Positions 1 through 9,184 are shown, numbered from the stretch's first letter. The stretch: DNA of 49,064 nt from Spirochaetales bacterium (GCA_016928955.1 JAFGJV010000043.1:1-49064); one strand, 5' to 3'. The notes: a model not told the origin generated them from the letters alone. A program made the numbers and translations.

Positions 1-125
1 GACGCGCGCTCATCCAAAGGCCGGCAAGGAGAGCCGAGCCGGTACGTCATGGAAGACGCGCCACCGGAGAACGCTTTCCGTGACGCCGTGGTAGCATTTC
101 AGACAATGCTTATAGGAGGTTCAAT

Positions 126-998
126 ATGAAGATGATCGATCTGACCATTCCGCTGGGCATAGGCACGCCGCCGTGGCCCACCTACGAGCCCCTTGAGGTG
201 AAGTACTTCAAGCGACTGGCGCCGAACGGGGCCAACGGCCAGCTGGTCACCCACTCAAACCACATAGGCACCCACCTGGACGGCGAGATCCATTTCTACA
301 CGCCGGGCAAGGACATTGCCAGCCTGGACATGGACTTCCTGGTGCACGAGGGCGCTATCGTCGACCTGTCGGACATTGCGGGCGACTACGACCTGTACAC
401 GTCCAAGATGGTAGAGGAACGCGTGGAGGTGAAGGAAGGCGACATCCTGATCATCCACACGGGCTTCCACCATTACGGCTGGGACCAGCCCACGGGCGAC
501 GAGATTCGCTACATGATCAAGCATCCTGGGCCCGACCGCGAGTTCGCCGAGTGGGCCAAGCGCAAGAAGCTGCGCTGGATAGGCGTGGACTGCGGTTCCG
601 CCGACCATCCCATGAACACCAAGATCCGCGACTGGATGCCCAAGCAGGCCGCCGAGTGCGACCGCCATTTCAAGTCCAAATACGGCAAGGGCCTGGACGA
701 CATCTTCACCGAGGACAAGTACCAGCTCATGCACATTGAGATGTTCAACGTGGGCATCATCCACGCCGAGTGCCTGGGCGGCGACATGGACCTGCTCCTC
801 AACCAGCGCGCCCTGATAGGCTGTTTCCCGTGGCGCTTTGTGGACGGCGAGTCCAGCGTGGCCCGCATTGTGGCCATGGTGGAAGACGAACGCTACGCCA
901 AGCTGATGGAGAAAAAGGCCAAATGCGAGCTGACCAAGTTCGGCGACATAGCCGGGGCCCGCGCCGCCTGGCTGCACGAGGAAGCCCGCAAAAAATGA
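126..998 (+). CDS. Metal-dependent cyclase / kynurenine formamidase-like hydrolase
   Basis: Cyclase-family motif HxGTHxD (HSNHIGTHLD), GDILIIHTG and IGVD motifs; GGAGG RBS upstream. Confidence 0.85.
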   Translation: MKMIDLTIPLGIGTPPWPTYEPLEVKYFKRLAPNGANGQLVTHSNHIGTHLDGEIHFYTPGKDIASLDMDFLVHEGAIVDLSDIAGDYDLYTSKMVEERVEVKEGDILIIHTGFHHYGWDQPTGDEIRYMIKHPGPDREFAEWAKRKKLRWIGVDCGSADHPMNTKIRDWMPKQAAECDRHFKSKYGKGLDDIFTEDKYQLMHIEMFNVGIIHAECLGGDMDLLLNQRALIGCFPWRFVDGESSVARIVAMVEDERYAKLMEKKAKCELTKFGDIAGARAAWLHEEARKK

Positions 999-1003
999 CA
1001 AGA

Positions 1004-1039
1004 GGGAACCTCTAAAAACTGAAGGTTTTAGAGGCTCCC
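1004..1039. repeat. Palindromic miniature element, copy 1
   Basis: GGGAACCTCTAAAAACTGAAGGTTTTAGAGGCTCCC; near-identical to copies at 5512, 32254, 40207 and 48978. Confidence 0.9.
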
Positions 1040-1046
1040 AATAATC

Positions 1047-1123
1047 GAACCGCAGAAACACAGAGAAATCGGGAAGGCTCGCGCCACGCCCATTTTCTCG
1101 TAGCCTCTGTGTCTCTGTGGTTC
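1047..1123. repeat. Inverted repeat of a second family (ACCACAGAGACACAGAG-like)
   Basis: GAACCGCAGAAACACAGAG (1047-1065) pairs with CTCTGTGTCTCTGTGGTTC (1105-1123), 2 differences; related arm at 32410-32427. Confidence 0.7.
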
Positions 1124-1144
1124 ATATTCCTACTGGAGGCCGAT

Positions 1145-2350
1145 ATGGCTAAACCGCTCGAGGGGATACGCGTCCTCGACCTGACCAGGGTGCTTGCCGG
1201 GCCCTTCTGCACCATGACCCTGTCCGACCTCGGAGCCGAGATTATCAAGATCGAGGTGCCGGGCACGGGCGACGACTCGCGCAGCTTTGGCCCTTTCAAG
1301 AACGGCCAGAGCCTGTATTTCCTGAACATCAACCGCGGCAAGAAGAGCGTGGCCATAGACCTGAAAACCCAGGACGGCAAGGCCCTGCTCCTGGAGCTGG
1401 CCAAGCAGTGCGACGTGCTCGTGGAAAACTACCGGCCCGGCACCATGGAGAAGCTCGGCCTGGGCTGGGACGTCCTCAAGAAGGCCAATCCGCGCCTCGT
1501 GTACGCCGCCGTATCCGGCTTTGGCCACACGGGACCTGACTCAGGCCGGCCCGCCTACGACATCCTGGTGCAGGCCAGGGGCGGCGTGATGAGCATAACC
1601 GGCTGGCCGGACACGCCGCCCACCCGGGTCGGCTTGTCCATGGGCGACATCATGGCCGCGTCCTTTGCCACCTCGGGTATCCTGGCCGCCCTGTACCAGC
1701 GCGCGGCCTCCGGCAAGGGACAGAAGGTGGACGTGGCCATGCTGGACTGCCAGTTGGCCATCCTGGAGAACGCCCTGGTACGCTACCAGGTGGACGGCAA
1801 GCCGCCCGAGCCCATAGGCACGCGCCATCCCACCATCACGCCCTTCCAGGCCTTCCACGCTTCCGACGGCTGGTTTGTGGTGGGCGTGGGCAACGACGCC
1901 CTGTGGAAATCCTTCTGCGGGGCCATACAAAGGCCGGACCTGCTTGCCGACCAGCGCTTTGCCACCAACGCCGACCGGACCAAGCACTATGACGACCTCA
2001 TTCCGGAGCTGGAGCGCGTCTTCGAACACCGGCCCATGGACGAGTGGCTGGATATCCTGGAACGGGCCGGCGTCCCGTCGGCCCCGGTCAACACGGTGGA
2101 CCGCGTCATGAAAGATCCCCAGCTGGCAGCGCGCTCCATGTTCGTGACCGTGGACGATCCGGCGGCCGGACGGGTTACCATACCGGGCAATCCCATCAAG
2201 ATGGAAAACATCCCGGAGAGCCCCACGCGCCCCGTGCCGCCGCGCATAGGCCAGCACACGGCCGACGTGCTCGCCTCCGTGCTTGGCCTGGACAACGCCC
2301 GCATTGCCGAGCTCAAGGCCTCCGGAGCCATACGCGATGACGGCGACTGA
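1145..2350 (+). CDS. CoA-transferase family III (CaiB/BaiF)
   Basis: PLEGIRVLDLTRVLAGP, LGAEIIKIE, NRGKKS, DVLVENYRPG, YD motif; start moved to ATG 1145 behind GGAGG. Confidence 0.92.
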   Translation: MAKPLEGIRVLDLTRVLAGPFCTMTLSDLGAEIIKIEVPGTGDDSRSFGPFKNGQSLYFLNINRGKKSVAIDLKTQDGKALLLELAKQCDVLVENYRPGTMEKLGLGWDVLKKANPRLVYAAVSGFGHTGPDSGRPAYDILVQARGGVMSITGWPDTPPTRVGLSMGDIMAASFATSGILAALYQRAASGKGQKVDVAMLDCQLAILENALVRYQVDGKPPEPIGTRHPTITPFQAFHASDGWFVVGVGNDALWKSFCGAIQRPDLLADQRFATNADRTKHYDDLIPELERVFEHRPMDEWLDILERAGVPSAPVNTVDRVMKDPQLAARSMFVTVDDPAAGRVTIPGNPIKMENIPESPTRPVPPRIGQHTADVLASVLGLDNARIAELKASGAIRDDGD

Positions 2351-3665
2351 GGGTTTGGCTCGGCCGCTGTCGCTGGCCAAGACGGCGGCGGATGTAGCCA
2401 GCGGGAAACGTGCCCTTGAAGACCATGTCCTGGACATCCTGGACAGGGTCGACGCTCTTGAACCGAGCGTGCTTGCCCTCCTGCCCGAACCCGGCAGAAG
2501 GGACCGCCTCCTGTCCGACGCGCGCCGGCTTCTGGCCGCCTGGCCGGATCCTCAGAGGCGGCCGCTCCTGTTCGGGACTATGGTTGGCGTCAAGGACATA
2601 TTCGCCGTGGACGGCTTCCCTACCCGGGCCGGCTCGCGCCTTCCTCCCGAGCTGTTTGCCATGCCGGAAGGCCCCGTGGTCCGCGCCTTGCGCGGCGCCG
2701 GCGCCCTGATTCTGGGAAAAACGGTAACCACGGAATTCGCCTATTTCAGCCCGGGCCCCACGCGCAACCCCCGGGACCCTCGGCACACGCCGGGAGGCTC
2801 AAGCTCGGGCTCGGCCGCGGCGGTGGCCGCCGGCTTCTGCGCCCTGGCCACGGCCACCCAGACCATAGGCTCGGTCACCAGGCCCGCGGCCTTCTGCGGG
2901 GTGGCGGGCTGGAAACCCAGTTACGAGCGCCTGAGCAGGAAGGGCGTGGTGCCCTTCAGCCGCTCCGTGGACCATGTTGGCCTCATAGCCGCCGACGCCG
3001 CCAGCCTGGCCTTGGCCGCCGCCGCTCTTGCTCCGCATTGGTCGGGACGACGCTCGTCTCCGGCCGCCTTTGGCCGGCGCGCGCCCGTCCTGCTGGTACC
3101 CAACGGCCCGTATCTGGGGCAGGCGTCCGCGGACGGAATGGCCGCCTTCCAGCGCGACCTGGACAGCCTGGCCGCCGCGGGCTGCGTCATCGAGCGGACG
3201 GATGCCTTTCCCGACATCGAGGATATCAATACCCGGCACCGGCGTATATGCGCGGCCGATCTGGCCCATGCCCACCGCGCCTGGTTCGACGCCCATGGCG
3301 ACCTGTACGCACCGGCCACCCGCGAGCTCATCGAGCAGGGCCGCGCCGTGGATCCCAAACAGCTGGCCAAGGACCTGGCTGGCAGGCGCTCCCTCAGAAA
3401 GCGCCTGGACAAAACGCTCGCGGCATCCGGAGCCGACGCGTGGGTATCTCCCGCGGCGCCGGGCCCGGCTCCAGCCGGCCTAGAATCCACCGGCAGCCCC
3501 ATCATGAACCTGCCGTGGACCCACGCCGGCGTGCCCACCGTGAACGTTCCGTCGGCCACTGCATGGACGGCCCTGCCCACGGGCATACAGCTAGCCGGCC
3601 GATTCGGCCGGGACGAGGAACTTGTGGCACTGGCAGTCAAGCTGGAGCTGCTGCTGGGTCGATAG
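2337..3665 (+). CDS. Amidase signature family protein
   Basis: GVKD lysine, PGGSSSGSAAAVAAG signature, TQTIGSV nucleophile region; overlaps the upstream stop. Confidence 0.9.
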   Translation: MTATEGLARPLSLAKTAADVASGKRALEDHVLDILDRVDALEPSVLALLPEPGRRDRLLSDARRLLAAWPDPQRRPLLFGTMVGVKDIFAVDGFPTRAGSRLPPELFAMPEGPVVRALRGAGALILGKTVTTEFAYFSPGPTRNPRDPRHTPGGSSSGSAAAVAAGFCALATATQTIGSVTRPAAFCGVAGWKPSYERLSRKGVVPFSRSVDHVGLIAADAASLALAAAALAPHWSGRRSSPAAFGRRAPVLLVPNGPYLGQASADGMAAFQRDLDSLAAAGCVIERTDAFPDIEDINTRHRRICAADLAHAHRAWFDAHGDLYAPATRELIEQGRAVDPKQLAKDLAGRRSLRKRLDKTLAASGADAWVSPAAPGPAPAGLESTGSPIMNLPWTHAGVPTVNVPSATAWTALPTGIQLAGRFGRDEELVALAVKLELLLGR

Positions 3666-3692
3666 CAGGCTGGCTGGCAGATCAGGATTGGG

Positions 3693-3727
3693 CGCGGGCC
3701 GCCCGGGGAGTTGCCGGGCGGCCCGCG
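3693..3727. terminator. GC-rich hairpin between convergent genes
   Basis: CGCGGGCCGCCCGG-N7-CCGGGCGGCCCGCG, 14-bp perfect stem, no strong U tract. Confidence 0.55.
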
Positions 3728-3728
3728 T

Positions 3729-4301
3729 TCACGACAGGGCCTTGTTTTCTTCCAAGCCGCCGAGTATGCGTTTGGCCAGGGCAAGCCGCGCCTCTATGTT
3801 CCGGAGGCGCTCTATCACCTTGACGCGCTTCAGGAGGTCGTTCTCGTCGCCCGCCAGGGCCAGCTTCCTGAGTATGTCCATCTTGACGTATACAAAGCGT
3901 AGGGCCTGCAGGACGTTCTCGTATTTCTGCATGGACCGCTCGCGCGCGCCCACCATGTCGGCCAGGTTCTTGATGCGGCCCTTGCTGGACAGCTTGCGGT
4001 ACACGTCTTCTTTCTCGTTGCCCATCAAAACCATTTCCATGACACCCGTCTCAAAGTTGCTGATGAAAAACCGTATCCGCGGGTCGCTCCAGCCGACCTC
4101 CCGGTCCCGCGCGTCTATCAGCACGGCCAGCAGGTCCAGGTCCTTGCACACTTCCAGGTAGAGGAGCCTGATGACCGACGAGGTCTCGCGCCGCACGCTG
4201 TTCCATTTTTCTATGCGCGACGCTATGAGTCCTATGGTGTCCAGGGCCGCGCCCGCGGTTCCCGCGGCCAGGCCGGCCGTGTCCAGGGCTTCCTTCAGCA
4301 T
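3729..4301 (-). CDS. Hypothetical helical protein
   Basis: 190-aa ORF with protein-like composition, overlaps the NUDIX stop; no recognised motif. Confidence 0.7.
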   Translation of the reverse strand: MLKEALDTAGLAAGTAGAALDTIGLIASRIEKWNSVRRETSSVIRLLYLEVCKDLDLLAVLIDARDREVGWSDPRIRFFISNFETGVMEMVLMGNEKEDVYRKLSSKGRIKNLADMVGARERSMQKYENVLQALRFVYVKMDILRKLALAGDENDLLKRVKVIERLRNIEARLALAKRILGGLEENKALS

Positions 4302-4831
4302 TGCCGGTCCCCCGTCCGTATGCCCGCGGGGCTCTGACTCCTGCCCAGGCCGGACACGGCGGCGTCAAAGGACCTGGCCAGGCTTGGCACCATGGCCCCC
4401 TCGCTGAACATGGCGCGTATGGCGTCTGGCGACAGGAAGCGCGCGGCCACGGTCTCTCGTTCCTGCAGCCGTATGTCGGAAGGCCCCGCGTCCAGGACAA
4501 AGAGCCACACGTCGTACAGGCTGTCGTCGCCCACATAGGAGTCGACCACGCGGCCAAGCGCCGGGTCGGCCCTGAGTCCGGTTTCCTCTTCCAGCTCGCG
4601 GACGGCCGCCAAAAGGCTGCCCTCTCCGGCCACGGCAGAACCTCCGGTGCATTCCCACAGTCCGGGCCAGACCTTGTCTGGATGGCGCTTGGTGACCAGA
4701 AAGCGGCCGTCCGGCGTGGCTACCCACACCAGAACGACCAGATGGTAGTCGCCAGGAGCCAGCTCCGCGCCTCGGACGTGGGTGCGCCCGGTAGGCGTCC
4801 CGTCTATCGTGTAAATGTCCCAGATTTCCAT
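4295..4831 (-). CDS. NUDIX hydrolase
   Basis: Nudix box GGSAVAGEGSLLAAVRELEEETGL; MEIWDIY start at 4831 behind GGGGGA. Confidence 0.88.
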   Translation of the reverse strand: MEIWDIYTIDGTPTGRTHVRGAELAPGDYHLVVLVWVATPDGRFLVTKRHPDKVWPGLWECTGGSAVAGEGSLLAAVRELEEETGLRADPALGRVVDSYVGDDSLYDVWLFVLDAGPSDIRLQERETVAARFLSPDAIRAMFSEGAMVPSLARSFDAAVSGLGRSQSPAGIRTGDRQC

Positions 4832-4880
4832 GTCCGGTCCCCCGAGCTCGGCGGGCAAGATCCCAAGCCAGCGCCGATTC

Positions 4881-4909
4881 ATAGTGCGCGCGGTCCCGGG
4901 AATTGTCAA
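4881..4909 (-). promoter_or_regulatory. Sigma70-type promoter for the NUDIX gene
   Basis: TTGACA-N17-CACTAT on the minus strand. Confidence 0.6.
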
Positions 4910-4938
4910 ATCCTGATCGTGGCCCGAACTCGGAAAAA

Positions 4939-5490
4939 TCAGTGACCGCGCGTGGGGGAGCCGTTTCCATCATCTGTACCGACAGCGTCGCCTTCCACCA
5001 GCACCTCCGGCAAGGTGCGGCCGGAACCTCCGGGCACTACGTAGCCGCCCACCACGAATTCGGCCACGGCCCGGACCTTGCTGGACGAAAACGACGCGGA
5101 GTTTTTCCTGGCCAATTCGATATACTCCAGGACGATCCGCAGTGCGTCGTCAAGGTCGGTATCAAACACGGCTATGACGGAATCAGAAAGCCCCGCTATC
5201 CGGATGTTGGGATACAGCCCGGATATGTGGCCATAGTTGACGTAGTTGGGTATGCCGGCCGACGACAAGAGCGAACGGAGCACCATGAGATCCTCGGAAT
5301 TGTACACGCGCACCAGGGGCATGGCGCTGCGGCCTTGGGCCTGGGCCAGGAACTCCGCGTCGTACTCGCCCGGCTGGTCCTCAGCCCCGCCAGGAGTGGC
5401 CTTCAAGGAAGAGTGCCTGGCGCGGGCCAGAAAGAGGATGAAGCCGGAAACAATGAGTATCAAGGCCAGGAACTTGAATTGATCCATCAC
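4939..5490 (-). CDS. Membrane-anchored protein with DUF2007-like (putative signal-transducing) domain
   Basis: N-terminal hydrophobic helix; VRVYNSEDLMVLRSLLSSAGIP resembles DUF2007. Confidence 0.6.
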   Translation of the reverse strand: MMDQFKFLALILIVSGFILFLARARHSSLKATPGGAEDQPGEYDAEFLAQAQGRSAMPLVRVYNSEDLMVLRSLLSSAGIPNYVNYGHISGLYPNIRIAGLSDSVIAVFDTDLDDALRIVLEYIELARKNSASFSSSKVRAVAEFVVGGYVVPGGSGRTLPEVLVEGDAVGTDDGNGSPTRGH

Positions 5491-5511
5491 GTACCCCTTC
5501 GTGTGGCATAA

Positions 5512-5547
5512 GGGAACCTCTAAAAACTTCAGTTTTTAGAGGTTCCC
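5512..5547. repeat. Palindromic miniature element, copy 2 (supplies the PIN gene stop codon)
   Basis: GGGAACCTCTAAAAACTTCAGTTTTTAGAGGTTCCC, 16-bp perfect arms. Confidence 0.92.
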
Positions 5548-5913
5548 ATAGACCACGGATCGCAGGAAGGTCCGCCAGTCCTGGACCCTGACGCCGGAGC
5601 GGGACGCCGCCTCTGCCAGGCCCGCGTCTTCCGTCACCAACAGTGTACACGACGCGGCCGTGCGCGCAATCAGGCCATCGGAGCGGTGCCTGCCCCCCGT
5701 GGCCCCGTCTTGGGGCGCGGCCAGGGTACGGCACAGCGACCGGGCCAGGCCCAGGAGTGCGTCCCGTCTGCTCGGGTCAGGCACGGCCTCCAGCTCGGCA
5801 AGCTGGACAGGCGTCACCAAGAGCGACAGGTCGCGGCGCTCGGCCAGCTCGGACGCGGCCTCGGGGTCTGCAAGGAGGCGGTCAAAGATGTTGCTGTCCA
5901 GCATGATACGCAC
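5536..5913 (-). CDS. PIN-domain-like protein
   Basis: N-terminal IMLDSNIF, central E, C-terminal D...LLVTED acidic pattern; 125 aa. Confidence 0.65.
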   Translation of the reverse strand: MRIMLDSNIFDRLLADPEAASELAERRDLSLLVTPVQLAELEAVPDPSRRDALLGLARSLCRTLAAPQDGATGGRHRSDGLIARTAASCTLLVTEDAGLAEAASRSGVRVQDWRTFLRSVVYGNL

Positions 5914-5922
5914 GGCCGGCTG

Positions 5923-6678
5923 TCAGGTCTTCGCAACCGGCGGCCGGCAGTGGTGCAGGAATAGGGCGGCGGCCTGGGACACGTTGAGGCTTTCCATGGC
6001 GCCGGCGCCCTGGATGCGCACCAGGATTCCGCAGGCGGCCTGGGTTTCCTTGTCCAGTCCGCTTTCCTCGTTGCCAAGCGCCAGGATAAGCCCGCCTCCG
6101 GCCGGCCGGAAAGCTGAAAGCTCGGTGGATCCGCGGTGGTCAGCGCCCACGCTGGGAAGCGCTCCCGCCGCGCGTGCCAGGCACCGGGCGGCAGATTCGT
6201 CGGCGTATACCTGGACGCGGCTCAGGGCGCCCCGGGCCACGCGGTACGCGCTGGTGGTAAGGCGGGCCGGGCCAAAGCGCTCGGTCAGCACCAGGGCGCT
6301 CCAGCCAAAGAAGGCGGCCGCGCGCGCTATGGCACCTATGTTGTGGTCGTCGCCCACGCCGTCCAGCAGGACCACGCGGGATCCTCCCGCGGCCCACTGT
6401 CGTACCAGGCTGTCCGTCACGCGGGCGGGCGGCAGGTCGGCCACCATGGCAACCACGCCCTGGTGATGCACGGTGCCTGACAGCCGCTCAAGCTCGGCCG
6501 CCTCTACCACGCGGTACGGCCGCCGTTCCCTGGCCAAGAGGGAGCACAGGCCGCCGAATTCCTTGATATGCTCGGCCGAGCAGAAAAACCGCGTCACGGT
6601 TTCCGGCATGGCCGCGGCCAGGGCTCGCACGGCCTCGAGCCCGCACACGGCCAGCTCGCTTCGTCGCTGTTGGTTCAC
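5923..6678 (-). CDS. SpoU/TrmH-family RNA 2'-O-methyltransferase
   Basis: HQGVVA, LDGVGDDHNIGAIAR, LGNEESGL, ESLNVSQA; probable GTG start at 6678. Confidence 0.9.
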   Translation of the reverse strand: MNQQRRSELAVCGLEAVRALAAAMPETVTRFFCSAEHIKEFGGLCSLLARERRPYRVVEAAELERLSGTVHHQGVVAMVADLPPARVTDSLVRQWAAGGSRVVLLDGVGDDHNIGAIARAAAFFGWSALVLTERFGPARLTTSAYRVARGALSRVQVYADESAARCLARAAGALPSVGADHRGSTELSAFRPAGGGLILALGNEESGLDKETQAACGILVRIQGAGAMESLNVSQAAALFLHHCRPPVAKT

Positions 6679-6684
6679 GCCACC

Positions 6685-6714
6685 AGCATAGCCCGCGCGG
6701 GGGAGGGCCGGCAA
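6685..6714 (-). promoter_or_regulatory. Promoter of a probable leaderless trmH-like transcript
   Basis: TTGCCG-N18-TATGCT-N6-GTG. Confidence 0.5.
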
Positions 6715-6726
6715 GCTGAACGCTTG

Positions 6727-7515
6727 CTATATGATTCTCACGTCCTTGGCGCCTTCTTCCCGGGCTATGGCGGCCAGGCGCTCCATGGTGGCGTCGTCCG
6801 GCCTAGGGAGGTCCCGGGCGGCCTTGCGCGTGCCCTGGGGTCGGAACCTGATCAGGGCGTACCGAGCCGCCGAGCCTGAGGCCGCCAGTTCCCGCGCGCC
6901 GTGGCGCACGGTGGAATCGGCGTCAAAAAGCCCGGGCGACACCACGGTGCGGAGCTCGACCAGCTTTCCCGCGGCGGCCAGGAACCTGAGGTTGGCTATC
7001 ACATGCGCGTTGTCAGCTCCGGTCAGGCGCCGGTGCTCGACGGGGTCCCAGGCCTTGAGGTCCAGCATGAAGCCGGCGGCGCGCCCCACGATGTCCGGCC
7101 TGGCCGCGTAATCCAGGGAGCCGTTGGTATCCACCAGGGCCGGCAGGCCCAGGCCGCCGAACAGCCCAACCAGGGCCGAAAGGAAGTCGGGCTGCTCCCC
7201 GCACTCGCCCCCGCTGACCGTAACGCCGGACAGAAAAGCCCGGTACGGCCACACGGCCGCCACCACGCCCAGCGCCGTCATCGCGCGCGGCCAGGCGGGC
7301 TGTTCGTCCGGCCGCGCCTTGGCGGTCACGGCCGGCCTGGTCTCAGGATTGTGGCAGTACACGCAATCGAACGAGCAGCCCTGCAGGAACACCGCCGCCC
7401 GGTTCCCCGGACCGTCCACCGCGCTGAACGTCAGGATGCGGGCCACCCTGCCTTCCCGCGCGGCCAGCTCCCTCCGTTCAGCCCGTGACGGAAAGGGAGC
7501 GGCCCCTCCGCTCAC
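6727..7515 (-). CDS. yjjW: YjjW-family glycyl-radical enzyme activase (radical SAM)
   Basis: SAVDGPGNRAAVFLQGCSFDCVYCHNPET, GVTVSGGE, DTNG, LDLKA; GTG 7515 overlaps the yjjI stop (GTGA). Confidence 0.85.
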   Translation of the reverse strand: MSGGAAPFPSRAERRELAAREGRVARILTFSAVDGPGNRAAVFLQGCSFDCVYCHNPETRPAVTAKARPDEQPAWPRAMTALGVVAAVWPYRAFLSGVTVSGGECGEQPDFLSALVGLFGGLGLPALVDTNGSLDYAARPDIVGRAAGFMLDLKAWDPVEHRRLTGADNAHVIANLRFLAAAGKLVELRTVVSPGLFDADSTVRHGARELAASGSAARYALIRFRPQGTRKAARDLPRPDDATMERLAAIAREEGAKDVRII

Positions 7516-9002
7516 GAACGGACGCGGCGTTCCAGCACGCCCAGGTTGTTGATGGCGTTGCGGCCAAGGGCCGTGGTGTCCTGCATGGTCGCCTCGCCGC
7601 GGTTCAGGCGCGCCAGCTCCGAGCGTTTTACCAGGTAGCCGGTGATGCGCACCACGTCGGCGTCCGCCGCGTACGCGCTGAAATACCTGAGTCCGCTTTT
7701 CAGGGCGCCCGCCGCTATGTCGCGCAGGTGGCCGGGGTTGCGGCGCGTGGTCGGGTCGAAGGCAAACACGTCGCCTATGCCGCTGGGGAAGTAGCGGTGG
7801 AACGGCGCCGAGCGGACAATGTGCTCGGGCAATTCCGGCTCCTGGCCTATGGGTATGCGGCAACCCGGGCTCACGCCCGTGTCCGAATCTATGCCCACCT
7901 GGGCGTGCATGAGGAAGCGGCCTCCGTTGAAGGCCAGGTAGGGCGACACGTGCGACCGTACCCTGGCGTCGATGTCCCGTATGATCCGGAGACCCAACTC
8001 GTCGGCCTCGTCGTCATGCCCAAAACGCGCCCCGCCCGAGTGGGCGTTGACGCACTCCGCCAGCCCAACCAGACCGAACATGGCTGAAAAGCGCTCGGGG
8101 TGTATGAGGCCCTCGCGCACCAGGAAGCTGGACTGGAAAAAGCCCGACTCGCTCACCAGGAAACGCACGCGCTCGTCTATGTACTCAAGCTGGCGGTCCA
8201 CGGCCTCGGGCAGGACGCTGGATAGGAGTTGGTCGCGGTCCGCGGCCCGCGGGGCCAGTTTGGCCAGGTTGAGCCTGACCAGGGTGCACGAGCCGCCGCC
8301 CTTGGGCAGGCCGTTGTAGCACGACGCGATGGCGTAGTCGTCCGAACCCATGGCCCTGAATTCGGACTGGAAAATGCGGTGGTTGGCAAAGCTGGGTTTG
8401 GCCGTGTCCAGGGCGGTGGCCGCGGCGAGCTCGGCAAAGTCCGGCGGCGTGAGCTCGGGGTCGTACTTGAGCGTCAGGTTGGGCACCGCGTTCTGCTGTT
8501 CCCGCGTCAGCTCCAGGATGATGCGCCCGGCTTTGGTGGCTGCCGGTCCAAGGTCGGCGTGGCAGAAGGAATCGTTGAGGGTGCGGTCTATCTGTGTCAG
8601 GAAGAGGCCTATGGCCTTGCGCGCCTCGGCCTCGTCGCCCACAAAGGGCTCGAGCAGGGCATCCAGGTCGCCCAGGTAGACGGGAAAACTCGTGATGCTG
8701 GGCACATGCCTGTACAGGATGAGCAGGGCGGCCGTGGCCTCCCAGATGTCGGCAGGGGCTTTCAGCCCCAGGAATTCCGACCCTTGCCGCATGAAGAGCT
8801 CGTAGTCGGGCACCACGTAGCGGGGCCTGTATGGGGCCGCGCCCTCAAAAAGATCGCAGATGACCCCGGCGTCGCGCAGTTCCTGCACGTCCGGGCCTAC
8901 GCGGAGAACGTCAAGCTGGTCCTCCGCCACGTGGGCAAGTCCATTGATCTTCTGCTGGATGGTAAGGGTGGCGTCGGTAACGACGCGCTGGGCAGGGTTC
9001 AC
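7512..9002 (-). CDS. yjjI: YjjI-family glycyl radical enzyme
   Basis: ICDLFEGAAPYRPRY, LYRHVPSITSFPVYLG, IASCYNGL, C-terminal RITGYLVK glycyl motif; GTG at 9002 behind GGAG. Confidence 0.9.
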   Translation of the reverse strand: MNPAQRVVTDATLTIQQKINGLAHVAEDQLDVLRVGPDVQELRDAGVICDLFEGAAPYRPRYVVPDYELFMRQGSEFLGLKAPADIWEATAALLILYRHVPSITSFPVYLGDLDALLEPFVGDEAEARKAIGLFLTQIDRTLNDSFCHADLGPAATKAGRIILELTREQQNAVPNLTLKYDPELTPPDFAELAAATALDTAKPSFANHRIFQSEFRAMGSDDYAIASCYNGLPKGGGSCTLVRLNLAKLAPRAADRDQLLSSVLPEAVDRQLEYIDERVRFLVSESGFFQSSFLVREGLIHPERFSAMFGLVGLAECVNAHSGGARFGHDDEADELGLRIIRDIDARVRSHVSPYLAFNGGRFLMHAQVGIDSDTGVSPGCRIPIGQEPELPEHIVRSAPFHRYFPSGIGDVFAFDPTTRRNPGHLRDIAAGALKSGLRYFSAYAADADVVRITGYLVKRSELARLNRGEATMQDTTALGRNAINNLGVLERRVRS

Positions 9003-9184
9003 GGCAAACTCCCCGGGATGGCATCCCGATTCCCAGAATCCGCCTCGGCGGCGGGAATGGACCACGGCCAAAGCCGCGGAGTTAACCGTTGGGTTTTGAC
9101 GCCCCGTTTTGGGGGACGCTCCGTACTGTGCCGCTTGGCGCGCGCGTGTTAACCCGGGTTCTTTATCGCGCAGACTCGCGATGT

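Noticed and set aside
1..129. Open frame from base 1 ending at a TGA overlapping the cyclase ATG
   Set aside because: Only 42 codons visible with no recognisable motif; could be a gene tail or non-coding.
5536..5913. VapBC toxin-antitoxin module
   Set aside because: No room for an antitoxin gene upstream; only the PIN-like ORF is supported.
9003..9180. Riboswitch in the yjjI leader
   Set aside because: Several short GC hairpins but no conserved riboswitch motif that I can recognise; an Rfam scan is needed.
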